Source of the DNA: a virus
Strand: one strand, 5' to 3'
DNA length: 64,000 bases
IMG/VR virus record: IMGVR_UViG_3300028581_000036
Span: 7,041-71,040 of that record
Program-made: the position numbers and the translations under genes
Notes under the pieces: model-generated
The model's database searches: none
The model's input: the letters and a program-made list of their open reading frames with translations, nothing else
What the model was told of the DNA's origin: nothing
In this document: positions 16,127-26,005 of the stretch, one piece after another
Numbering within the stretch: position 1 is the first letter of the stretch
How the letters are laid out: each line of letters begins with the position of its first letter

Positions 16127-16498
16127 ATGAAAAATATAATTAAAAAAGTACTTGGACCTAATAGTCGTATGATATCCGGATCTAAGTCAGGTTATAGGAA
16201 ACAGTTTCCAAAAAACGTGCCAGTCTTTAACGCAAACCTTTGTACGACTGAAGGTAAATTCTGGTATGGTGATATTGACTTAACGACAGACAAAAACAAG
16301 CTAGTCTTTCTGGCAAAAGAGCTCGACAAAGACGTTTATGTTTTATATGAAATGGATGCCAGATTTGAAAATGAGAAAAAGCCCAAGTTGGATAGGGCCA
16401 TCATGATATTTAAAAAAGATGGAACATTTCAATTGAGAGAAGATATGATAACTTATATCAAAATAACAAAACAGGGTGAAATTAAACTTAAAAAATAA
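16127..16498 (+). CDS. hypothetical protein
   Basis: 123 aa (RMISGSKSGY...WYGDIDLT). Confidence 0.75.
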   Translation: MKNIIKKVLGPNSRMISGSKSGYRKQFPKNVPVFNANLCTTEGKFWYGDIDLTTDKNKLVFLAKELDKDVYVLYEMDARFENEKKPKLDRAIMIFKKDGTFQLREDMITYIKITKQGEIKLKK

Positions 16499-16505
16499 TA
16501 TATCT

Positions 16506-16631
16506 ATGATAAATTTTCTAAAAAAATTTAACCAGTATTTCGAAATCAAATTTGGCTGGTTTTTTATAAACGGCAACATGCAACAGAAATGGATAGATTA
16601 TCTAAATAAAAAATATGCTGTAAAAAAATAA
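16506..16631 (+). CDS. small hypothetical protein (41 aa, not in ORF track)
   Basis: MINFLKKFNQYFEIKFGWFFING...; ATG 16506 to TAA 16631. Confidence 0.5.
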   Translation: MINFLKKFNQYFEIKFGWFFINGNMQQKWIDYLNKKYAVKK

Positions 16632-16702
16632 AATCTTAGCAAATCTGTTAAACAAACATATATCATTCACTATAACATTTATAATAATTAAATTCATAAA
16701 TT

Positions 16703-16942
16703 ATGAAAAACAATCAATCAAATCGCCCTTCAAGCTACAACAAGATTAGCTTAATGGCAAAAATTGCCAGTATTAATTCCCGCAGAAGGACAGGAGACGT
16801 AACACGCGTATCTGAACGTACTGGTTATTCAACTGCCCACGTAAGCGGTGTATTAAATGGCCACTATGTAAATGAGCAAATCATTAACTCTGCCTATGAC
16901 ATGACACGTGGTCGTATTCAAAACCATAACTACGTAGCTTAA
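16703..16942 (+). CDS. small basic HTH-like DNA-binding protein
   Basis: DVTRVSERTGYSTAHVSGVLNG helix-turn-helix pattern; own class 2 promoter and terminator. Confidence 0.65.
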   Translation: MKNNQSNRPSSYNKISLMAKIASINSRRRTGDVTRVSERTGYSTAHVSGVLNGHYVNEQIINSAYDMTRGRIQNHNYVA

Positions 16943-16964
16943 TTGTTGCCGTAAGTTAAAACTC

Positions 16965-16993
16965 AGGCCTGGCATGTGCCAGGCCTTTTTTTT
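16965..16993 (+). terminator. intrinsic terminator
   Basis: AGGCCTGGCA-TG-TGCCAGGCCT + T-run. Confidence 0.9.
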
Positions 16994-17038
16994 GAATATG
17001 CTAAATTTAATTATAAAACAACATATAAAAATAAAAAC

Positions 17039-17386
17039 ATGTATCAAATAATCAAGAAAGATAGAAAAACTCTTAAGAGTAGATTTCTAATCGACCAGTC
17101 TAATGAAGTAATTGAATTTGAAAACAGAGACGAGGCTTCTAAATTTTGTGATATTTTAAATGTAAATTCAACTGGCCATATTTACTTAGTAAAAAGCATC
17201 TATGAATCTTCAACAGGTGATAAAGTAACTGAAGAACTGGACCATGTAAATACTTTACTTAAAAAGGCGCAAAGACATGGACTAGAAGCAGAGTGTGTAG
17301 TTTTTGCACTTAAGTATATGCAAGAGAATCCGGCATTATCAATCAATCAGGCCATGTCCTATGGTTTTAATGAATGGGTAAAATGA
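17039..17386 (+). CDS. hypothetical protein
   Basis: ATG 17039 after A-rich leader, in frame with ORF 16976..17386. Confidence 0.7.
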   Translation: MYQIIKKDRKTLKSRFLIDQSNEVIEFENRDEASKFCDILNVNSTGHIYLVKSIYESSTGDKVTEELDHVNTLLKKAQRHGLEAECVVFALKYMQENPALSINQAMSYGFNEWVK

Positions 17387-17562
17387 ACATATTGATTTTC
17401 TTAGCAGGCGTCTTTGTGGCAAACATGTATAACAAGAAAAAAGCCAGGGAACTACAGTCAGAAATACAAGTACTTGAAGATAAAATAAAAAAGAAAGATC
17501 TTCAAAATTATAAAAATGCAACTGAAAGTCTTGGCAAAATGATGGACGAAAATCTTAACTAG
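17383..17562 (+). CDS. small membrane-anchored coiled-coil protein
   Basis: ILIFLAGVFVA helix; ATGA overlap. Confidence 0.55.
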   Translation: MNILIFLAGVFVANMYNKKKARELQSEIQVLEDKIKKKDLQNYKNATESLGKMMDENLN

Positions 17563-17607
17563 ATTAAGATATTGTGTAAAGTGATATATAATAAAAAACT
17601 TTACGAC

Positions 17608-18213
17608 ATGAGCTATACAAGGGAACAAATTGAAAGGGCTGTAAAATCAAAAGGTTATGTTTGGTTTGAAGATGCTGTCAATAAAGGTTTTGATGTTAAT
17701 ATAGTTGGTATTAGAAATTCATCAACTGGAAATAAAGTAACAAATGTATTTGATGACTGGTTAACATTATCTTATAAAGAAAATGGGGTATGGCAGTTTT
17801 ATATATGGTCTGCTACTACTGATCCTGGCAAAAAAAGTATGTTAGAATGGAAGCAAATGGGCATCACTGGTGGTTGTTCAAGATTGATTGCAAATCAATA
17901 TAGAGGATCGCATTGTATAGGTTTACACCAAGGTAGATACGAAGCCCTTAGACAACAAAGGAATGTAAAAGTCTATCGTGACGCTAACATGGACCTTTCG
18001 TATGATGAAAAATTAGTAACAGAAGGTTTATATGGTATTAATATTCATAAAGCAGGTCAAGATTCTACTTGGGTAGAAAACTGGAGTGCTGGATGCCAGG
18101 TATTTAAAAGAGTAAAAGATTTTGATGAATTTATGAAGATATGTAAAAAATCTTCTAAGATACATGGCAATTCATTTACTTATACTCTAATAGAATCTAA
18201 AGATATCACATAA
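17608..18213 (+). CDS. putative cell-wall enzyme/endolysin with YkuD (L,D-transpeptidase)-like catalytic motif
   Basis: TTDPG; GINIH-x13-SAGCQV His/Cys motif; preceded by GATATATA. Confidence 0.55.
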   Translation: MSYTREQIERAVKSKGYVWFEDAVNKGFDVNIVGIRNSSTGNKVTNVFDDWLTLSYKENGVWQFYIWSATTDPGKKSMLEWKQMGITGGCSRLIANQYRGSHCIGLHQGRYEALRQQRNVKVYRDANMDLSYDEKLVTEGLYGINIHKAGQDSTWVENWSAGCQVFKRVKDFDEFMKICKKSSKIHGNSFTYTLIESKDIT

Positions 18214-18246
18214 TATAGTAGATTAATAGTGACAAAAAGACGAATA

Positions 18247-18738
18247 ATGAAATTAAATAAATATATCAAACAATATGCCGACTTTCTTAATGAGTCTGCC
18301 GGGTCAATTGATGTCAATGGCAGTCAAGTCGATTGTTATGCAACAGATTGGGACAAAGGCAACCTAGCATATCTTTCAATAGTTAATAGAAGCGCTGAAG
18401 GCTGGATTTTAAATAAAATAGGTATTTTCCACGGTCTTGATAAAGATGAAATGATTAAATATAATAACGAAATACAGGCTCTAATGCTTGACTCTTCTAC
18501 AAGGCGAGATGATTATAAATACTTCATTTGCAAAAACGAGACAGACAAGGAAATGTTTAATACATTGCGCTGGAAAGACCTGGTTAATCAAGATGCTACT
18601 GGCGCTATATTGAAACCTAATTCATCGACTTCCATAGAAGATTTTAAAAATATAATTGAAACACATTTTCCATTTGTATATTTTACCAATTCAGGCGGCA
18701 CGCCGCATAGCATTGACTCATTTAAAGATAATGAATAA
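18247..18738 (+). CDS. hypothetical protein with capsid-targeting-like leader
   Basis: MKLNKYIKQYADFLNES. Confidence 0.7.
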   Translation: MKLNKYIKQYADFLNESAGSIDVNGSQVDCYATDWDKGNLAYLSIVNRSAEGWILNKIGIFHGLDKDEMIKYNNEIQALMLDSSTRRDDYKYFICKNETDKEMFNTLRWKDLVNQDATGAILKPNSSTSIEDFKNIIETHFPFVYFTNSGGTPHSIDSFKDNE

Positions 18739-18944
18739 TGTCATTTAACAAAAGATATATTAACTCAGCTTCTATAAAGAAGCTATACAAAGAACAGGGC
18801 GCAGAATTTGTGTATAATTACATCAAAAATCCTGACAGTATAATATCTGATAATAGCACCCTTTTTAGAAAATGTTACAATGCAGTAAATGATAGAGACT
18901 TGGATAAATTGAAAAAAATTCTTGAACAAATAGAACTTAATTGA
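18738..18944 (+). CDS. hypothetical protein
   Basis: 68 aa, TAATG coupling. Confidence 0.6.
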   Translation: MSFNKRYINSASIKKLYKEQGAEFVYNYIKNPDSIISDNSTLFRKCYNAVNDRDLDKLKKILEQIELN

Positions 18945-19017
18945 TATATAAATTGCAATGCTACTTGTAGGTTGCACAGTAACAGATTAAAACAAATTGT
19001 TAAAAAAACGTAAAGCT

Positions 19018-19473
19018 ATGAGAAATTTACTATTACTAAACCAGCGCGACCAATTTTTAAATTCATTTGATCGCCTATTTGACGAAATGATTGCACACCA
19101 GTTTCCAGCACTTTCAAAAGAGATCGGTGTATCTTTCTTTGAAAAACAAAGTTATCCAAAGGTCGATGCCATTGACGCAGGGTCAGAAGCCATAATTGAG
19201 GCTGAATTACCTGGTATGACAAAAGATGAGATTAAAATTAAAGTCAACGACGACATCTTGACAATAAGCGGCGAAAAGCGAAAAGTAGCCGAAGACAATC
19301 AAACTTATATTAAACGAGAACTTAAACGTTCATCTTTTTCTAGATCTTTTAGATTCAGCGAAGAGTTTGACCTGAACAAAGTCGAAGCTGAATTTAAAGA
19401 CGGCATTCTTAAACTCGTGGTCAAGAAAAAGAACTACGAGGAAAAGAAAGAAATAGAAGTTATAATAAAATAA
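19018..19473 (+). CDS. small heat-shock protein Hsp20
   Basis: YPKVD, AELPG, LTISGEK, FSRSF, AEFKDGIL alpha-crystallin motifs. Confidence 0.92.
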   Translation: MRNLLLLNQRDQFLNSFDRLFDEMIAHQFPALSKEIGVSFFEKQSYPKVDAIDAGSEAIIEAELPGMTKDEIKIKVNDDILTISGEKRKVAEDNQTYIKRELKRSSFSRSFRFSEEFDLNKVEAEFKDGILKLVVKKKNYEEKKEIEVIIK

Positions 19474-19494
19474 AAATACAAAGATCTGTTACTG

Positions 19495-19520
19495 AAAGGA
19501 GGCCGCCAGCCTCCTTTTTT
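19495..19520 (+). terminator. intrinsic terminator
   Basis: AAAGGAGGC-CGCCA-GCCTCCTTT + T-run. Confidence 0.85.
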
Positions 19521-19540
19521 ATTGCTTAAATATATACAAC

Positions 19541-19834
19541 ATGAAACTAGTCGTTGAGTCATACGAATTATTTGAGAAAATGTTAAAAGGCAGCTCTGAA
19601 CAGGATCCTAATCTTGAAGATATCAGGCATTTTAAGGGAAGTCTTTTACAATTCAAACAATATTGGGATAAAAAAGCTGGTACGCCGGCTCATAGAAAAG
19701 TTGACTATGAATATCCCGTAAAACGTACGTCTCACGACAAGTCGCTTCCATACCAAGATTTCGCTGACGGTGAAAGTGCATTGGTAAAAAGAAATATGGA
19801 GACCAGGGGAAAGTTAAAAGGTAGCGACAAATAA
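19541..19834 (+). CDS. hypothetical protein, possible capsid-targeting-like leader
   Basis: MKLVVESYELFEK; AATATATA upstream. Confidence 0.65.
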   Translation: MKLVVESYELFEKMLKGSSEQDPNLEDIRHFKGSLLQFKQYWDKKAGTPAHRKVDYEYPVKRTSHDKSLPYQDFADGESALVKRNMETRGKLKGSDK

Positions 19835-19859
19835 AATAAATACATGGAACCAGGTAGTA

Positions 19860-20114
19860 GTGATAATCAAACTAAGAAACAAGAATATAGAAATAGACAA
19901 AACCGATTTGTATCTAATGCTAGCGATGTTCTACAATCCATTTGGGTTCGATATAATATTTGCAGCAGTACTAAAAATGACGGGCTCTTTTCTAATAACA
20001 GATCTTGTCTTTTATTCCATTTCAATATTCTTCTTTATTTTATATTACATCAGTCGAAAAAAATCTGAAACAAATGAACGGCCACAGTATAGTAACGAAG
20101 AAACCACTGGGTAA
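19860..20114 (+). CDS. small two-helix membrane protein
   Basis: LMLAMFYNPFGFDIIF and LVFYSISIFFFILYY hydrophobic segments. Confidence 0.6.
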   Translation: MIIKLRNKNIEIDKTDLYLMLAMFYNPFGFDIIFAAVLKMTGSFLITDLVFYSISIFFFILYYISRKKSETNERPQYSNEETTG

Positions 20115-20295
20115 AATCAAGCTAACTTCTGACCACATTTCATTAAGCGGTAATAAGTATAAAGAGGGCCAGATATTTGAATATTACGCTATTTTTGTAA
20201 AATCTGAATGTGGCTCTTGTGGTAAACAGGGGTACAAAAAGACATATAAAATAAAAGGCGGTAATATACCTTTTGAAAAAGCCATTATAATATGA
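20074..20295 (+). CDS. small hypothetical protein with CxxC
   Basis: ECGSCGK; ATG 20074. Confidence 0.55.
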   Translation: MNGHSIVTKKPLGKIKLTSDHISLSGNKYKEGQIFEYYAIFVKSECGSCGKQGYKKTYKIKGGNIPFEKAIII

Positions 20296-20513
20296 AAATT
20301 CTAAACTATACGCAATTTCTTAAAGAGGATAATCCCATTCTTTTTACAGGGCAGTCTGGCGTCGGAAATACTAGCTCACGTGAAAATATTTTTGTACCAG
20401 GGCAAACATCTGTAATTAAGAGAAAGGGTAAAAAGGTAAAGACACCTAGCAGTGCCGTTACTCAACCCCCAATGAGTAATCCTCAATCTTACGTAAACCG
20501 TTTACTTCAATAG
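20292..20513 (+). CDS. hypothetical protein, capsid-targeting-like leader
   Basis: MKILNYTQFLKED. Confidence 0.6.
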   Translation: MKILNYTQFLKEDNPILFTGQSGVGNTSSRENIFVPGQTSVIKRKGKKVKTPSSAVTQPPMSNPQSYVNRLLQ

Positions 20514-20534
20514 AGTATAATCAAAAATAGAATA

Positions 20535-20729
20535 ATGGAATTTCATAAAACTTCAATGGGCAAAAAATTCTATGATATAGATTTGCCTAAATTAATACAG
20601 TCTATAAATAGACTTTCTGATGCACTTGAAAAGAGTAATGCACTCAGGGAAAAAGACATCAAGGAAAATAAAATAGCTGCAAGCAAAAAACTAAAGGCTC
20701 AGATTGCTGAATCTAAACCAAACTCTTAA
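20535..20729 (+). CDS. small hypothetical protein
   Basis: [11 protein letters not shown]...LPKLI; class 2 promoter upstream. Confidence 0.7.
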   Translation: MEFHKTSMGKKFYDIDLPKLIQSINRLSDALEKSNALREKDIKENKIAASKKLKAQIAESKPNS

Positions 20730-21547
20730 TGAATTACTATGAAACACTTGGCGTTGAAAAAGGTGCAAGTGCAGACGATATAAAAAAGGCCTATCGTAAA
20801 CTGGCCATGCAATACCATCCTGATACTAATCAAGGAGATGCATCTGCTGAAGAAAAATTCAAAAACATAGCTGAAGCCTATGAGGTTTTAAGTAACCCAG
20901 AAAAGAAGGCCCGATATGACGGAGGTTGCCGGTCTAATTTTTACGACAATTTACAAGATTTTAATTTTTCATTTGATTTTACAAATGGCTCCTGGTCTGA
21001 CCAGTTTGACCAGGCGTTTGGTAATACTAAAAAGGGACCCGATATTGTATTACAAATGATGATTACAATGAAAGAATCTTATACAGGCACTGTTAAAGAG
21101 ATACAGATCGAAAATAAACGATATAAAATTTCAATTAAAAGAGGTGTTACAGACGGTCAGAAACTTAGAATCAAGGGACTTGGCAGACCACATCCCTTTA
21201 TACAGAATGCTGAAAGGGGTGACTTATTGATATTTGTTTCCATTTTAAATGACGAAAATTTTATAAGAAGAGGTGTGGATCTTTATACATCGGCCAATGT
21301 ACATGTCTATAAATTAATTGCAGGCGGTAAGATAAACATACCAACACCAGAAGGCGACCTTGTTTATAATTTAGAACCTGGGCATGGTAATAAAACCATT
21401 TGTTTGAACGGATGTGGTATGCCGTATTATGATTCAGATAAAAAAGGAAATCTGTTTATTAAAATAAATACTATGTTTCCTGCGCAGTATACTGGGCAAG
21501 AGCTTGAAATTATTTCTAAACTCTCAGAATACATCAAAGATTTATAA
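20729..21547 (+). CDS. dnaJ: DnaJ/CbpA-type co-chaperone (no Zn finger)
   Basis: J-domain YYETLGV...YHPD...AYEVLS; C-terminal DnaJ_C. Confidence 0.92.
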   Translation: MNYYETLGVEKGASADDIKKAYRKLAMQYHPDTNQGDASAEEKFKNIAEAYEVLSNPEKKARYDGGCRSNFYDNLQDFNFSFDFTNGSWSDQFDQAFGNTKKGPDIVLQMMITMKESYTGTVKEIQIENKRYKISIKRGVTDGQKLRIKGLGRPHPFIQNAERGDLLIFVSILNDENFIRRGVDLYTSANVHVYKLIAGGKINIPTPEGDLVYNLEPGHGNKTICLNGCGMPYYDSDKKGNLFIKINTMFPAQYTGQELEIISKLSEYIKDL

Positions 21548-21593
21548 TTCACTAATCTATCGACAGTTATAATTTGATATATAAATTATAGGT

Positions 21594-21851
21594 ATGGAAA
21601 ATTATTATAATCAATATGGGGATTTAGATAAATTCATTTTAAAAATGATTCAGGATGACCAACATCATACAAATGAAGTATGCTATATGCTACTTAATTT
21701 ATACAAAGATGAAATTATTTTAGAAAATCTTATATCAAAATCCGAAAAAAATAAAATACTTCAATGCCTTATAGATTATTATGAGGGAATAAAAGAGTAT
21801 GAAAAAAGTTCATTTATATTAAGTATATTTAATCAAATCAATATATGTTAG
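21594..21851 (+). CDS. hypothetical protein (YYExxxEYEK helical motif)
   Basis: 85 aa; C-terminus resembles that of 22093..22326. Confidence 0.6.
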   Translation: MENYYNQYGDLDKFILKMIQDDQHHTNEVCYMLLNLYKDEIILENLISKSEKNKILQCLIDYYEGIKEYEKSSFILSIFNQINIC

Positions 21852-22060
21852 AATTATTACAATTTACATTAAGCAGCCCAACTAATTTCTTGGGTTCAAT
21901 AATTATTATTACTACAGTAGGTATAAATATTGCTGCCATAGTTAAGTCTTTCAGGCTTTTTGAAATTAATAAAATAGAAATACCCGAAAATGAACAAAGA
22001 GATTTTATACAAGAAATAAAAGAATACTTTTCTCAAAAAACAGCATCAGACACAAAATAA
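21845..22060 (+). CDS. small membrane protein
   Basis: FLGSIIIITTVGINIAAIV helix. Confidence 0.6.
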   Translation: MLELLQFTLSSPTNFLGSIIIITTVGINIAAIVKSFRLFEINKIEIPENEQRDFIQEIKEYFSQKTASDTK

Positions 22061-22092
22061 AGAGTTAAACGCATGTTAAAAAATAACTTAAA

Positions 22093-22326
22093 ATGGAAAA
22101 GAAGGGTAATTTTAATGCAATTGTTAGAAAATCGTATGATTGTGCGGTCAATTCTGACATAAACGACATTTTCATAATATATGAAGAATCTAATGAAATA
22201 GTTGAAATACCATATAATATGAAATCAAGAATTAAAGTTATTGATAAACTAATTAAGTTCTTTGAAGATATCGAAGAATATGAAAAGTGCCAAGAACTTT
22301 TAAAAATTAAACAAAACGCGAATTAA
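22093..22326 (+). CDS. hypothetical protein (UVR-like FEDIEEYEKC motif)
   Basis: 77 aa. Confidence 0.65.
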   Translation: MEKKGNFNAIVRKSYDCAVNSDINDIFIIYEESNEIVEIPYNMKSRIKVIDKLIKFFEDIEEYEKCQELLKIKQNAN

Positions 22327-22327
22327 A

Positions 22328-23053
22328 TTGACAAACAAGAATAAACCTAAATTAAATAAGGCTAAACCTAAACCTAAATCAAATAAGCCTGAAATAACAA
22401 AAGAAAATCTTTCTCGAGTTAGTCTTAAGCCCAGGCAACAGGAGTACAAAAATATAATCATGTCAAACAAAATTACATTTTGCCATGGTCCTGCCGGTAC
22501 TTCAAAAACATTTACAACAATCTTTTCAGCGCTTGAATTATTAGCCGAACAGAAGATTAGTCAAATCATTTTAACTAAACCCATACAGGAGTCAGGAGAA
22601 AAACTTGGCTTTTTACCAGGTGATGTAGAAGAGAAGATAAAGCCTTTCATGGAAAGTTATGTAGATAATCTTACTCAAATCCTTGGACAAAATCTTACAA
22701 GCTGGTTATTAACAACAGGCATAATTAAATACGAACCACTTGCTTATATGAGAGGTAGAACTTTCCACGACTGTATTATGATATTAGACGAAGCACAGAA
22801 TGCTGACTTCAGACAATTAATGCTTTTTGTGTCCAGAATGGGTAAAGGCGGAAAAATGGTAGTTTCAGGTGACGTAAGTCAATATGATATTGAGAAAAAT
22901 AAGGTTGCATTACCTAGTTTTGTAAAAATGCTTGAGGGTATTGATGGCATTGGGCACTTTGTTTTTGAGAAGACAGATATTATGCGCGATAAGATTATTA
23001 TAGAAATTACCGACAGGTATGAAAAATGGAAATCAGAAAACCATAAGCTATAA
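22328..23053 (+). CDS. phoH: PhoH-family ATPase
   Basis: GPAGTSKT, LGFLPGD, YMRGRTF, ILDEAQN, GDVSQYD. Confidence 0.95.
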   Translation: MTNKNKPKLNKAKPKPKSNKPEITKENLSRVSLKPRQQEYKNIIMSNKITFCHGPAGTSKTFTTIFSALELLAEQKISQIILTKPIQESGEKLGFLPGDVEEKIKPFMESYVDNLTQILGQNLTSWLLTTGIIKYEPLAYMRGRTFHDCIMILDEAQNADFRQLMLFVSRMGKGGKMVVSGDVSQYDIEKNKVALPSFVKMLEGIDGIGHFVFEKTDIMRDKIIIEITDRYEKWKSENHKL

Positions 23054-23097
23054 AAACTTTTATGCCTGTTTAGATATAATTCATATCTAAAAATGAT

Positions 23098-24510
23098 ATG
23101 GCTAAATTTACCGACGAACAACTCGCATTTATTAAACATACCGGTCCTGAATCCGTTATATTAACTGCAACTGCAGGCTCAGGTAAAACAGCATCTGCAA
23201 CAGGTAGACTACTATGGTTACTTGAACAGGGTGTTAAACCTGGCAAAATTATTTTCTTCAGTTTTACAAATGACGCAGTAGATGAATTAAGAAATCGTAT
23301 TAAGGACGATAAAATTCATATAACGACGATTCACAGTTTCTGTCTTTCTGCTCTTGCAAAATGTAAGAAATTCAAATCTATTGCCGACTTCCGCCATTTT
23401 ATTAATTGGTATAAAAAGAAATCTAATCCTGGGCCAAAGGCCAGATTCGATGAAAAGCTGGCATATAAGCGTAGAGTAGAGAAGCTTGAAGACGATCCTG
23501 AATATTATGCATCACAAATCTCAAAGTACAAGATGCTGCAGTTAGATAACGTTAAGTCAAGGTTGCCGGATTATTACATCGACTATTGTAAGTTTCTAAA
23601 ATCTACAAACAGCCGAGATTTTGTCGACATGTTAACTGAAACTCTTAAACTAACTGACAGTAATATGTGGGATGATAATTTCTTTAAGAAGTATGACTAT
23701 GTATTTGTTGATGAATATCAGGACACTTCTGCACTTCAAATGAAGATATTACTTAAACTTAGAGCTCGTGTATATCATTTAATAGGCGACAGAAATCAAA
23801 GTATCTACGGTTTTTCAGGTTCTAATTGCTATATGATTGAAAAGCTTTTAAAGCAGGACAAACCTGTAGCTGAATATTCATTATCTAAAAATTTCAGGTC
23901 TGACCTTTCAATTGTCGAAAATTCAAATAAATATAGCTCACTGTTTGCAATTGCTGAAAGTAATAAACAGGGTAAAGTTGAATTGGGCTTGATAGATGAA
24001 TACGATGTGATTAAAATGATAAAACAAGGTAATGATGTTGTGTTGCTTGCAAGAACCAATCAGGTTATCAGGCAGTTAGAGGAAAAGTTCTTATTTAAAA
24101 AAATACCTATTAGATATTTGAATATTTTCTCCAAGGATGAAATAGAAATAATTAGAAAGCGTACAGGTGTTACACCTCAGCTTAATAGCAAACTGAAACG
24201 CATTCTACCTAATTTTGGTAAACCAAGTGAACTATTAACTTTTCTAGATGAAAATTCAACCAGCGGAAGTTTTATAACAACCATTCACAAGAGCAAGGGT
24301 CGTGAATTTCCAAGATGTGTAGTAGTAAATTGCCTTTCTCCTGAAATCATTGAATATAATTCACTGGATCTTGACAAGAAAGAATTGAAAGCAATCTCAT
24401 TTGATCCAGCTGACATAGACGACGAAGAGGCAAAAAACGTGCACTATGTTGCAGTAACCAGACCCAAGAATGAACTTTATTTTATGATATACAATGAAAA
24501 CCTTGACTAA
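23098..24510 (+). CDS. uvrD: UvrD/Rep-like SF1 helicase
   Basis: ATAGSGKT, TIHSF, VDEYQD, GDRNQSIYGF, NFRS, TIHKSKGRE, YVAVTR. Confidence 0.92.
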   Translation: MAKFTDEQLAFIKHTGPESVILTATAGSGKTASATGRLLWLLEQGVKPGKIIFFSFTNDAVDELRNRIKDDKIHITTIHSFCLSALAKCKKFKSIADFRHFINWYKKKSNPGPKARFDEKLAYKRRVEKLEDDPEYYASQISKYKMLQLDNVKSRLPDYYIDYCKFLKSTNSRDFVDMLTETLKLTDSNMWDDNFFKKYDYVFVDEYQDTSALQMKILLKLRARVYHLIGDRNQSIYGFSGSNCYMIEKLLKQDKPVAEYSLSKNFRSDLSIVENSNKYSSLFAIAESNKQGKVELGLIDEYDVIKMIKQGNDVVLLARTNQVIRQLEEKFLFKKIPIRYLNIFSKDEIEIIRKRTGVTPQLNSKLKRILPNFGKPSELLTFLDENSTSGSFITTIHKSKGREFPRCVVVNCLSPEIIEYNSLDLDKKELKAISFDPADIDDEEAKNVHYVAVTRPKNELYFMIYNENLD

Positions 24511-24582
24511 ATTAAAACCATATTTCAATGACTGTTATTAACGCATCTGAAAACTTAAAAACAATAATAAATTTTATAAATA

Positions 24583-25227
24583 ATGAAAAAAGCAAATAAA
24601 AGCCCACTATCATTAATGCCTTTAAAATCTTTTTTTCGCGATTGCGTTGAAGTCGGCATTGATGAAGTGGGTCGATGACGTGGGTGCTTTTCAGGTCCCG
24701 TCGTCGCAGCTGCAGTTATATTACCAAAAGATTTTGAACACCCTCTGGTAAAAGATTCTAAAAAGCTTTCTGAAAAGCAAAGACTTGAGGCCTGTGAAAT
24801 AATTAAAGCCAATGCACTTGCATATAGCATAGCATATAGTACAGTAGAGGAAATTGACAGTATAAATATTTTACAAGCCACTTTTCAGGCCATGTGGCGG
24901 GCACTTGATGGTTTGCAAATTAAACCTGAACACATCTTAGTCGACGGCGATAAATTTAAAAGCTATCGTGGTATACCTCATACATGTGTTGTAAAAGGTG
25001 ATGCAACTTATTATTCAATTGCCGCTGCATCGATTTTAGCAAAAGTTGAACGCGATTGTTATATGACTCGACTATCAAAGGAATATCCGCTGTATGGTTG
25101 GGATAAAAATAAAGGATATGGTACTCTTGAACACAGAAAGGCCTTGCTTGAACATGGCCCAGCACCCTATCACAGAAAGACTTTTATTAGCAATTATGTG
25201 CAAAATACACACTCACATCTTTTCTAA
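24583..25227 (+). pseudogene. rnhB: RNase HII interrupted by a 6-nt insertion containing an in-frame TGA
   Basis: GIDEVGR*RGCFSGPVVAAAV; DSKKL, VDG, KGDA, AASILAKV, KGYGT, HRKTF all in one frame; TGA 24676-24678. Confidence 0.85.
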
Positions 25228-25248
25228 TTATAATAAAAATAAACTAAT

Positions 25249-25368
25249 ATGAAATACATTAAAACATTTGAGGGCTTTATAAATGAAGGCTACTTATTTG
25301 AAAATTACGACACTGTTTCTATTATAAAAGAAGGAATTAAAATTAACTATTCAAGGGTTATAAATTAA
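25249..25368 (+). CDS. 39-aa ORF that is mostly capsid-targeting-like leader (possible remnant)
   Basis: MKYIKTFEGFINEGYLFE... Confidence 0.5.
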   Translation: MKYIKTFEGFINEGYLFENYDTVSIIKEGIKINYSRVIN

Positions 25369-25390
25369 AAATATTTAATTTCTAAAAAGC

Positions 25391-25432
25391 TGCAAATTAT
25401 TTTTAGTTATCAAATATATTTGTTATTTTTAC
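25391..25432 (+). promoter_or_regulatory. class 1 promoter
   Basis: TGCAA 25391, TATTTTTA 25424. Confidence 0.6.
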
Positions 25433-25435
25433 ACT

Positions 25436-25999
25436 ATGAAATGTATTAAATGTAAAAATAGCATACCTGAGCGTAGAGCTAACCTTGGTTATAAAGAGTG
25501 CATCAACTGCAGCACTACAGAGTCATATAGTTGTATAGATGTTGTATATCATAAGACTGGCAATACCCTTGAAATAGTAGATAAAGAAACGGCAGCTCGT
25601 ATTAATAAACTTGCACACCGAAGCGGATTTGGTGTCATGCGAGGTATTATTGGTTCAAAATCAAGAGGTTCAGAATTTTCACTTTCTGTACCTAAATTTG
25701 AAGAACCCATAATTGAAACCCAAGAAAATTTTAATATAGTAGGAGAGTCTGCAACAAATATACTTGATGAACAAGGTATTGAACATGCAATAAAGTATAT
25801 AACAAGCGCCTATTCTTTAAGAACTATTAGTTTATCACAGATGAATAAGTTATACTCAATACTACATAAACTGAATTCAGACATTAAAAAACCTCCAGTT
25901 AAATTATCACACAATCCTTACGCCAGGTCTGAACCCAGGTTTGAAAAATCTGAAGTATCAGATGACGTAAATTGGGTATTTCGTAATTGGAAAAAATAG
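25436..25999 (+). CDS. DksA/TraR-like C4 zinc-finger protein
   Basis: CIKC-x3-IPERR-x7-CINC. Confidence 0.65.
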   Translation: MKCIKCKNSIPERRANLGYKECINCSTTESYSCIDVVYHKTGNTLEIVDKETAARINKLAHRSGFGVMRGIIGSKSRGSEFSLSVPKFEEPIIETQENFNIVGESATNILDEQGIEHAIKYITSAYSLRTISLSQMNKLYSILHKLNSDIKKPPVKLSHNPYARSEPRFEKSEVSDDVNWVFRNWKK

Positions 26000-26005
26000 A
26001 AAGTC

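Noticed and set aside
19844-20068. 74-aa ORF overlapping 19860..20114
   Set aside because: The alternative frame gives a coherent two-helix membrane protein; this frame looks like a shadow.
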